A DNA stretch of 33,587 bases. Source: a virus (taxonomy: Duplodnaviria; Caudoviricetes). Below, in pieces: positions 26,817 to 33,587 of this stretch (position 1 is the first letter of the stretch; each line of letters starts with the position of its first letter). The notes beneath the pieces are model-generated. The model made no database searches. It worked only from the letters and a program-made list of their open reading frames with translations, and was not told the DNA's origin. The stretch is from IMG/VR virus record IMGVR_UViG_3300048881_000702, positions 1 to 33,587 of that record. One strand, written 5' to 3'. The translations under genes were made by a program, and so were the position numbers.

Positions 26817-29597
26817 ATGGCCGACGAAGTAATCCCAGCCCAGTGGGGGACGCTCTCCCTCGACCTCCCGCCGCCGTTCCTCGTGCCGATCATCGACGCC
26901 ATCAACTCGGTCTTCGAGGTGATCATCGCGATCCTCGACATCGTGATGGTGATCCTCCAGATCGTGAAGGTGTTCGTGATCGGACTGATCAGTCCGATCA
27001 TCCCCCTCCTGGAGGCCATCATCGCGCTCCTCGAGGGGCTCCTCGACGACTTACGGAACGCCGGGTTCTACATTCGAGGGGACTGGGACGAGCTCAACTT
27101 CGCGGCTCACAAGACACAGCTCGACAGCGAAAAGACGATGGAGCAACTGGAGGGCATGGCCGGGGCGTTCAAGCAGTACCTCGGAGGGTTCGGCAAGTTC
27201 GAGGGCCGGGTCGTCCAGTGGCTGACCGACACCACCGACCCGGGCCGACCCGTGTTCTCCGCGAACGCTGGAGTGCTCGGGATGTTCTTCGTCGTCGGCT
27301 GCGACATCTCCGGGATCATCAAGGCCATCTCGGCCTTCCTCACCCTCCTCAAGTTCTTCGGCCAGATGAACTTCGACGGGGCCATGCTCACGACGCCGAC
27401 GTCCCTGGAGGTGAAGTACCAGCCACCTGGCGGGGCGCTCGGGGCGTTCATCAACATGGGCGATGTCCTCCAGGGGAAGGAGCCCCCGACGGAGGGTCTG
27501 CTCGAGTGGAAGTTCTCCACGCCTCCGGGGATGAACCCCCTGCTGGCCTCGTTTCCGCCGCTGCCGCCGGAAGCCTGTCTCATCGAGATCTCCACCATCA
27601 AGGACGGTCTCATCGTCGGCTTCTCCGCACCGGCGGGCACGGCCGCCATGAAGAGCCAGCCCGGGTTCTCATCGGTCGAGACCCGCCGCCACGGTCTGTA
27701 CAAACTTCCGGTGAGGCACGGCGGCGGCCCCTTGCGCCTCTTTGGCGGCCCCGACGTGTTCACCACCGATGCCGCCCTCTCGGCTGCTGGCTACAAGTTC
27801 GGTGCCAGCGGCGAGCCCGCTGCGGGTGCAACATGCGCTTTCGCCATCAAGGATCCCCTCGACCCGAAGCCCATCTCACTCAAGAAGTGGAAGGACGAGG
27901 TGAAGAGCGGGAAGAAGCACATCATGCAGCGGGCCTTCGTCGTGGACTCCCGCAACCTCGCCATGATGGCTGGCGGCCACAGCTTCCTGTTGAAGCGGGA
28001 CCACATGCCCCACGCCCTCAAGGACGTGGAGGACGGCAAGCCAATCCCCGAGGACGAGCCAGCCACCGAGGTCTTCGTGCGGGTCACGCCCCTCTCTCCC
28101 GAGGGGTTCTCCACGTACGGGAGCAACTACACCGAGGCGAAGGAGGGGAGCCTGGGCCAGGACGTCGTCCATGCGGACGGCGAGGGCGTCCAGTGGGCGT
28201 TCGGGATAGGCACCGCGCTCGGCGTCGCAACGTGCAGGCCGAACGACAACGACCGGGGACCGACCTCGAAGGTCCTCAAGATCGACTTCCCCTCGGCGGG
28301 GATGCTGGGCTTCGCCAAGGCGGTGCGGGCCGCGTTCTACATCGCCTGCTGCGTGCGTCCGGACAAGACAGAGCCGCCGAACCCGCAGTGGACGCGGAAC
28401 ACCACCGTCGTCCCTAAGGACGGCGAGATCGACACCGGCCTGGAGCCGGTGGCGGAGAGGTACCGGACGTATCTCACCGGCCCCCGCACGGACATGGACG
28501 AGTTCCATTCGGGCATGGCGCAGGAGCCCTCGTGGCGGAGTGACTGCCGCTTCGCCGCGGACAGGTTCATCTCGGACTTCATGCGCCTCGGCTCCGCCAT
28601 CCCGAACTCGGCCCTCGAAGCCCTGTATGAGAGGCACGGCAAGCTCCTCGTGGAGGAGGACGTGTACAAGGCCGCCGCCGACGCCACCGCGCACCACGGT
28701 TACCCGACCGGGATCTCGGATAAGACCTTGAAAGCGGGGACCTTCGAGGACGGCAAGATCACCGTCATCGGCCTCATGGAGACCCGGAGTTCCTGGTGGG
28801 GCTTCGGCCGCAACCCGTATTCAACGAGCGGCTTCGAGGGTCAGGGGTGGCAGTCGCAAGTCACCACGGCGGCGGGGACGGCATACTACCAGGGCGCGAA
28901 TAATCTCACCCCGAGGGCCGCGATGCGGGGTGGCATCCTCAAGATGCCGGCGATCTGGTGTCAAGGCTCGGCGATGGCGTCGGGGACGACGTCGATGGGC
29001 CAGGCGGCCTTGTGGGGTCCCGGGATGGCCGAAGAACTTGCCACGACGTTGGTCAAGGAAGGGAGACTCCAGCTCATCCCTCTCCGGAACTTCTTCCCCC
29101 AGGAATACCTCGACGCTGCCGCGGCCATCCTGGCCATCGCCTCGAAGGCCCCTATCAAGGGCAACTGGATCGCCGTCCGCCCGCTCGCCGGGGTGCTTTA
29201 CCCCGTCGAGGAGATCATGGAGCAGATCATCGCCACGGTCAAAGCGATCCGGGACGGTCTGCTCGCCCTCCTGGAGGAGATCCTCAAGTACATCCGCATG
29301 ATCGAGTCGAGGATCATGGAGATCCAGCAGTTCATCCGCAAGATCCAGCAGCTCTTCAACATGTTCAAGGACTTCTCGATCTCCGCCGACCTGGGCCTCC
29401 TGATGGTCGCCTCGGCGGGTACCGACGGCCTCCTGACGGACTTCTTGGCGGCGGACAACAAGCCGGACATACCGGGGAGCTCATACTGTATGGGGGGCGT
29501 CGTGATTGCAGGCGGCCTGCCCGTCATCCTGCTCGAACTCCTCCAGGCCATCATCGTCGCTGCCTCGGATGATGAGGAAGAGGAAGAGGAGGGTTAG
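26817..29597 (+). CDS. Hypothetical protein with long hydrophobic/amphipathic helices at both termini, 926 aa
   Basis: TAA|ATG junction. N-terminal IIDAINSVFEVIIAILDIVMVILQIVKVFVIGLISPIIPLLEAIIALLEGLL. C-terminal heptad segment (VEEIMEQIIATVKAIRDGLLALLEEILKYIRMIESRIMEIQQFIRKIQQLF), a hydrophobic tail, and terminal DDEEEEEEG. Confidence 0.8.
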   Translation: MADEVIPAQWGTLSLDLPPPFLVPIIDAINSVFEVIIAILDIVMVILQIVKVFVIGLISPIIPLLEAIIALLEGLLDDLRNAGFYIRGDWDELNFAAHKTQLDSEKTMEQLEGMAGAFKQYLGGFGKFEGRVVQWLTDTTDPGRPVFSANAGVLGMFFVVGCDISGIIKAISAFLTLLKFFGQMNFDGAMLTTPTSLEVKYQPPGGALGAFINMGDVLQGKEPPTEGLLEWKFSTPPGMNPLLASFPPLPPEACLIEISTIKDGLIVGFSAPAGTAAMKSQPGFSSVETRRHGLYKLPVRHGGGPLRLFGGPDVFTTDAALSAAGYKFGASGEPAAGATCAFAIKDPLDPKPISLKKWKDEVKSGKKHIMQRAFVVDSRNLAMMAGGHSFLLKRDHMPHALKDVEDGKPIPEDEPATEVFVRVTPLSPEGFSTYGSNYTEAKEGSLGQDVVHADGEGVQWAFGIGTALGVATCRPNDNDRGPTSKVLKIDFPSAGMLGFAKAVRAAFYIACCVRPDKTEPPNPQWTRNTTVVPKDGEIDTGLEPVAERYRTYLTGPRTDMDEFHSGMAQEPSWRSDCRFAADRFISDFMRLGSAIPNSALEALYERHGKLLVEEDVYKAAADATAHHGYPTGISDKTLKAGTFEDGKITVIGLMETRSSWWGFGRNPYSTSGFEGQGWQSQVTTAAGTAYYQGANNLTPRAAMRGGILKMPAIWCQGSAMASGTTSMGQAALWGPGMAEELATTLVKEGRLQLIPLRNFFPQEYLDAAAAILAIASKAPIKGNWIAVRPLAGVLYPVEEIMEQIIATVKAIRDGLLALLEEILKYIRMIESRIMEIQQFIRKIQQLFNMFKDFSISADLGLLMVASAGTDGLLTDFLAADNKPDIPGSSYCMGGVVIAGGLPVILLELLQAIIVAASDDEEEEEEG

Positions 29598-30569
29598 ATG
29601 GCGTTCAACTGGCTCGGCACGTTCAGGGTGGGATCCTACATGGTCTTCCGCCGCTTCGTGGCCCACGAGCTTCGCGACGTGGGGGCCCGGCTGAAGGTCA
29701 TCCACGCCGAGATCGCCCGCATAGGGTTCGTCAGCATCGCCTGGAAGCCGTCGGATGTGGAGGGCGACCCCCTCGTCCTCAACATCGACGAGGACGAGGA
29801 GGACGAGACCGTGCCCGTCACGAAGGTGGACGAGACGAGGATTGGCCTGGTCATCTCCGGTCCCGGCACCACCGTCGCCAAGCTCATGAGGGCCTACACC
29901 GCCGCCGGGGGCAACCCCTTCGACATCTCGATGTTCCTCGACCCCCAGGAGGGGATCTCGGTCGCCGCGGATCCCGACGCCCCTGACGGCTTCCGCATCA
30001 CGTGGACACATCCGGGCGGCGGCGTCGCCTATCCGAGGACGCGGGAGGACGTGGGTGGCGGTTCGTTCACGGACGTGGGCGGTACGCTCTCCATCAACAA
30101 GTCGCTGGAGCTGAGGGTCGGAGAGGTCCTGGACTGGTCGAAGGCCGAACTCAACGCCGGGTACATCAGGAAGGCGAGGGACTGGATCTCCCAGGAGATC
30201 CGGGAGAAACGGAACGACCTCGAGTGGCGTATCCTCAAGCAGATGGACTTGCGGGAGCAACTCCGTTCCGAGGCGGGTCATCTCATCGCCCGGGCGGCGG
30301 GCGGCTTCGGACAGGTTCCACACCAGCCCGATGAGCACGCCACAGACCTGTCGGTGCCAGCCATTCTGTGGCACTTCGACTCCATCTTCTTCGAGAGGAA
30401 GGACGGCATCCCCCAGGTTGGGTACCGGTACGAGCAGCCCGACAACGAGGGCCGGTCCCCCCCGAACTTCGATGAGGGTCGGGTCATCAACGCCCAGAAC
30501 CTCGCCCCGCAGCACTATGGCCCCTTGCTCTACGACGACGACGACCCGGACGCCTGGACCGGCCTGTAA
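29598..30569 (+). CDS. Hypothetical protein with coiled-coil segments, 323 aa
   Basis: TAG|ATG junction with GAGGAGGG just upstream. Codon bias matches neighbours. Helical segments near the N-terminus and at IRKARDWISQEIREKRNDLEWRILKQMDLREQLRSE. Stop TAA 30567-30569. Confidence 0.8.
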   Translation: MAFNWLGTFRVGSYMVFRRFVAHELRDVGARLKVIHAEIARIGFVSIAWKPSDVEGDPLVLNIDEDEEDETVPVTKVDETRIGLVISGPGTTVAKLMRAYTAAGGNPFDISMFLDPQEGISVAADPDAPDGFRITWTHPGGGVAYPRTREDVGGGSFTDVGGTLSINKSLELRVGEVLDWSKAELNAGYIRKARDWISQEIREKRNDLEWRILKQMDLREQLRSEAGHLIARAAGGFGQVPHQPDEHATDLSVPAILWHFDSIFFERKDGIPQVGYRYEQPDNEGRSPPNFDEGRVINAQNLAPQHYGPLLYDDDDPDAWTGL

Positions 30570-30574
30570 GGCCC

Positions 30575-30781
30575 GGACCCCCGCACATCCGGTGCCCTGG
30601 CACCCTCTACGCGCGTAGACGGCCGACCAGGTCGTTTCGGGACAACTATTTTCGAGGTTATTTCGGCTGTTATTCCGGGTACTTACGGGTATTCGGACCA
30701 TCCTCGGGGACGACCAGGCCAGAAACTGTGTCCGATCCTGGGGGGTCGAGCTCGTCGCCGACTGGCCTGCTTTGGGGGTCC
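30575..30781 (+). ncRNA. Candidate multi-stem structured RNA or cis-regulatory element (unclassified)
   Basis: Nested inverted repeats found by eye: GGACCCCC 30575-82 / GGGGGTCC 30774-81; GGTGC 30591-95 / GCACC 30600-04; TCTAC 30606-10 / GTAGA 30615-19; GGTCGT 30630-35 / ACGACC 30710-15; TCCGGGTAC 30674-82 / GTATTCGGA 30689-97 (two G-U pairs); CAGGCCAG 30715-22 / CTGGCCTG 30762-69. I recognise no known RNA family. Confidence 0.35.
30633..30696. repeat. Degenerate AT-enriched short tandem array, consensus approx. TATT(T/C)CGG, 5-6 units at ~9-12 bp spacing
   Basis: CGTTTCGG 30633, TATTTTCGAGG 30647, TATTTCGG 30659, TATTCCGGG 30671, TACTTACGGG 30680, TATTCGG 30690. Bracketed by direct repeats CGACCAGG at 30624-31 and 30711-18. 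Confidence 0.5.
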
Positions 30782-30788
30782 TGCGGTA

Positions 30789-30806
30789 GGCGGTTCCTGC
30801 CCTATA
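30789..30806 (+). promoter_or_regulatory. Candidate phage (late) promoter motif GGYGGTT-N5-CCTATA, copy 2
   Basis: GGCGGTT-CCTGC-CCTATA, ending 44 bp upstream of ATG 30851. Matches 11461-11478. Confidence 0.5.
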
Positions 30807-30850
30807 TGCTCCGGTGGGAAGGAGGGGCTTTCAATCCTCCGGAGAGGCAC

Positions 30851-31927
30851 ATGTCCTTCGACTTCCGCATCGCATACCCGTGCCCCCATGAGATCTTCAG
30901 GGAGCGGGCCCCGCTCGCCTCCGACGGGAGGACGCTGGTGGTCTCATCCACCGTGGTGGGTCTCCCCACGATCTACATGGACGGGGTCGAGGTTCCGCTG
31001 GACGGGCTGCAAGTCCCGGCTCGGCTGGTCGCGGGCGAGAAGGGGCCATACAGGGTCTACACCGACACCACCGAGTTTCAGGTCGAGGTCGGCGGCATGG
31101 CCTACGACCTTGAGCTTCCGGTCGGCCTCGTGGAGTCGACCGCCGTCGCCGACCTGATCTCCAAGGCCGTCACTGGATTGTCGGCCACCAGCGAGGGCGG
31201 CCGCCTGGTGCTGGAGGACACCACCCTCGGGCGGGCGAGCCGGATCGCCCTGTCGGGGCCGGGTGCCGATCAGATCGGGTTCTCCGGCCAGCGGGCCGCG
31301 AGGGGCCGCGAGGCCGCACCCTCCTGGGGTGCGGGCCGTCTCCCCGGGACGGAACTCTCTGTCCTGCGGCCCCGGTTCAGCCGGCGGCCCAAGAGGGCCA
31401 GAGCCCGGTGGGAGGTCACCTACAAGACCCAACCGGACAGGTGCCGGAGGTGTATGTCCACGAGGGTCGAGAACGACATCCGCATCGACTCGGCGACGGG
31501 ATCCCCCTCCAAGGCGTCCAACGAGCAACTCCTCTACCAGAGCTGTATGAAGGCCCTTCTCACTGAGCTCGGATCCAACCCGTACCACCGATGGTACGGG
31601 TCCAAGATCACCACGCTGGTGGGGCAGAAGAAGAACCCGGGTGCAGGCGATTCAATCCGGCACGAGGTGAGCCGAGTCCTCAACAAGGTCATGGCCAGCC
31701 AGAACCAGCAGATGGGGTTCCAGAGGGTCACCCTGGAGGAGACCTTGAAGGAGGTTCTCAACGTGTCCGTCGCCGCGCATCCGTCCGATCCCACGACCAT
31801 GCTGGTGTCCGCCATCGTCAAGAACGGTTCCTTCAAGCCTATCAAGCTGACGTTCGTGTTCACCGTTCCAGGGGTTTCGGGCGTATTGAGGCGGAATGGC
31901 CGCGTCATTCAAGCACTTGGGGAGTAG
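30851..31927 (+). CDS. gp25/GpW-like baseplate wedge (sheath initiator) protein with a ~200-aa N-terminal extension, 358 aa
   Basis: Start moved from GTG 30728 to ATG 30851 (GGAGAGG at 30841-47). C-terminal gp25-type motif EQLLYQSCMKALLTELGSNPYHRWYGSKITTLVG, then a helix and terminal strands (VLNVSVAAHPSDPTTMLVSAIV). Directly upstream of a baseplate-J-like gene. Confidence 0.75.
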   Translation: MSFDFRIAYPCPHEIFRERAPLASDGRTLVVSSTVVGLPTIYMDGVEVPLDGLQVPARLVAGEKGPYRVYTDTTEFQVEVGGMAYDLELPVGLVESTAVADLISKAVTGLSATSEGGRLVLEDTTLGRASRIALSGPGADQIGFSGQRAARGREAAPSWGAGRLPGTELSVLRPRFSRRPKRARARWEVTYKTQPDRCRRCMSTRVENDIRIDSATGSPSKASNEQLLYQSCMKALLTELGSNPYHRWYGSKITTLVGQKKNPGAGDSIRHEVSRVLNKVMASQNQQMGFQRVTLEETLKEVLNVSVAAHPSDPTTMLVSAIVKNGSFKPIKLTFVFTVPGVSGVLRRNGRVIQALGE

Positions 31928-31933
31928 GGGTAG

Positions 31934-33587
31934 ATGTCCACCAGACCAGAGTTCAAGCTCCCCAACGGGGAATATCAAGCGGACGCCGTACTGACGACGA
32001 CGGTGGACTCCCGGTTCATATCCGGCCGGTTCGACGAGTCCTCCGTCATCGGCCTCGAAGTCTCCATCCGGGGATCCGTGATGGTCGCCGACCCGGACCT
32101 CATCACCATTCAAGAGGGGATCTTCGTCATCCCCAACCCCGAGGCGTACCCCGAGGGTCTGATCCTCCTGACCGGGTCCAACCCCGTAGCCGTCCGGGCG
32201 CAGTTCTCCGGCGGCGGCGTCTCCGAGGTCTCCACTCTCGTCGCCACCCTCGTCGCCGAGGGCACCATCGGCCTGGTTGCGAACGCCCCCTCCTCCATCA
32301 AGGCGGAGTCCTTCGACGGGTATGTCAACGTCTCGATCAGGGGGCTTCCGGATTCCAACGTCTACGCCTACAACGTCTACGCCTCCACGATTCCGGGGGG
32401 TGGGGGTGAGGGGTACAACCTGATCAACCTGCTCCCCCTCGAGACCCCCGCCAAGACGCGGTACCAGGATCCCCTCGGGACCCTCGACTCCGACGCCGTC
32501 ATTCTGAAGAACGAGGACGGGGGCCAACTCGTTGACCCCCTACTGCTCCAGTTCCGGGTCGACCAGACCGACCTGGCGGGCGTGTCCTCCAAGACCGAGA
32601 TCAACGAGTCCCTGCCCGTACCCGACGGGGTCGACGAGATCCACATCCACGCCGTGGTCGAGGCCATCCGGTATTCCGAGGAGTATTCGTTCAAGCATAC
32701 GCGGTCCGCCGGTACCAGCTCGTTGCCGCCCACCATCCAAGTGGGCGAGTTTGCCAGCATCAGTGTCACGGATCCCCTCTTCTACGTGACCACCGCCCTG
32801 TACAGGGATCCGGTTACGGGGGTCGAGGTGGAGTCCCCGTTCTCACCCGAGATCCAGGCGACGCCCGTCTATGTCAAACCCATCACGTCCGGCCTCCCCT
32901 CCGTGTCGAGGGAGAAGCTCTTGAAGCAGACGGCGCTGGCCCTCTACAAGAGTGACCCCCTCCTGTCCATCCAACCCGGCAGCGTCATCCGGGATCTGTT
33001 CGTGGATCCGTTTCTGACGGAGGCCACCCGGATGCGGATCATGATCGACTATATGCACCGGGCTTCATCCTTCACCACCCTCCTCGCCATCGACGACCCG
33101 ACGGGGTCGGGGATCAGCGTCGCGGTGCATCAGTCCAACTACAAGAAGGGCCTGGCCGACGCCCTGTTCATGTCCCCCCGTACGGTCGTGCAGAGCATGA
33201 TCAACGCGGCCTTCGACAAGCTGGCGTCCAACTTCGGGGTCGTCAGGGGAGGTGGCCGCCACGCCAGGGGGGAGGTCACCTTCTATACGACCAGTCTCCC
33301 GGCGGTCTCGATCATCATCCCGCTCGGGAGTCGCGTTCGGGGCGGGGGCCGCATGTACAGGACCGTGTCCGGCGTCAGCCTCCCCGCCGAGAACGCAGCC
33401 AGCTACTACAACCCCTCCACTGGGGAGTACGCCGTAACCGTGGGTGTCCGGGCCACTTCGGCGGGCGCTGGCGGCAACGTGGCGTCGGGATCCATCACCA
33501 CCACCGACATCAGCGGCCTGAAGTGCCGCAACGACGACGCCACCTTCGGGGGGACCGACGGGGAGTCCAACCAGCAGCTCGCCATCC
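31934..33587 (+). CDS. Baseplate J-like wedge protein (P2 gpJ / Mu gp47 / T4 gp6-like) with N-terminal Ig/FN3-like extension; 3'-truncated, >=551 aa
   Basis: Absent from the ORF track because there is no stop before the window end. Translated by hand from ATG 31934 (MSTRPEFKLPNGEY...). Contains QPGSVIRDLFVDP, FDKLASNFGVVRGGGRHARGEVTFY, IPLGSRV, VRATSAGAGGNVASGSI and NDDATFGGTDGESN, the characteristic Baseplate_J motif series. Confidence 0.88.
   Translation, partial: MSTRPEFKLPNGEYQADAVLTTTVDSRFISGRFDESSVIGLEVSIRGSVMVADPDLITIQEGIFVIPNPEAYPEGLILLTGSNPVAVRAQFSGGGVSEVSTLVATLVAEGTIGLVANAPSSIKAESFDGYVNVSIRGLPDSNVYAYNVYASTIPGGGGEGYNLINLLPLETPAKTRYQDPLGTLDSDAVILKNEDGGQLVDPLLLQFRVDQTDLAGVSSKTEINESLPVPDGVDEIHIHAVVEAIRYSEEYSFKHTRSAGTSSLPPTIQVGEFASISVTDPLFYVTTALYRDPVTGVEVESPFSPEIQATPVYVKPITSGLPSVSREKLLKQTALALYKSDPLLSIQPGSVIRDLFVDPFLTEATRMRIMIDYMHRASSFTTLLAIDDPTGSGISVAVHQSNYKKGLADALFMSPRTVVQSMINAAFDKLASNFGVVRGGGRHARGEVTFYTTSLPAVSIIIPLGSRVRGGGRMYRTVSGVSLPAENAASYYNPSTGEYAVTVGVRATSAGAGGNVASGSITTTDISGLKCRNDDATFGGTDGESNQQLAI

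Noticed and set aside
26843-28417. 524-aa alternate-frame + strand ORF, and the many similar Arg/Pro/Gly- or Ser/Thr/Arg-rich ORFs in the track
   Set aside because: Off-frame shadows of real genes in high-GC DNA where stop codons are scarce. Low-complexity composition.
30633-30696. CRISPR array interpretation of the short repeats
   Set aside because: Units are only 7-11 bp, degenerate, and have no spacers. No cas genes in the window.
30630-30781. HDV-like ribozyme reading of the intergenic element (UCCUCG at 30701-06, GGUCGU/ACGACC as P1, GGACC/GGUCC as P2)
   Set aside because: No proper 3-bp P3 can close the loop, and the strand before the would-be P2 3' arm (CCUGCUUUGG) lacks the catalytic C followed by the conserved purine-A. 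No hammerhead CUGANGA core either.
30728-30850. ORF-track starts at GTG 30728 (gp25-like), TTG 11497 (spike) and ATG 6463 (hub)
   Set aside because: The 30728 extension runs through the structured and promoter-like region, 11497 precedes its own SD, and 6463 overlaps the previous gene. Downstream ATGs at 30851, 11515 and 6475 have better RBS or junction context.
32356-32384. 14-bp direct repeat CAACGTCTACGCCT with 15-bp period
   Set aside because: In-frame coding duplication (NVYAY/NVYAS) within the FN3-like strand. Only two copies, with no sign of an independent function.
1-33587. Type VI secretion system, RTX/adhesin locus, or tRNA/rRNA/mobile-element genes
   Set aside because: No TssJLM/ClpV-type genes. 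Hub and spike are separate genes next to a tape measure. The giant protein lacks GGxGxD nonapeptide arrays and a signal peptide. I saw no tRNA, rRNA, integrase or transposase signatures.

Overview
GC-rich (roughly two-thirds G+C by eye), gene-dense window with all real genes on the + strand. It encodes the tail/baseplate morphogenesis region of a very large contractile-tailed particle, most likely a jumbo myovirus-type phage; a bacterial contractile injection system cannot be excluded from this window alone. Gene order: 5'-truncated tape-measure-like protein; two paralogous tube-initiator-like proteins; a baseplate hub with a ~1,080-aa C-terminal extension; a gp5/gpV-like spike; an unexplained 16.6-kb five-gene block (a near-chargeless 198-aa protein with three internal repeats, a 3,986-aa acidic giant, and 82-, 926- and 323-aa helical proteins); a structured 281-bp intergenic region; a gp25-like wedge protein; and a 3'-truncated baseplate-J-like gene that the ORF track missed. 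The only two sizeable intergenic gaps share a GGYGGTT-N5-CCTATA promoter-like motif, each overlapping sequence that can pair with the downstream ribosome-binding site. All product calls rest on motifs read by eye and on synteny; no database searches or folding programs were run.
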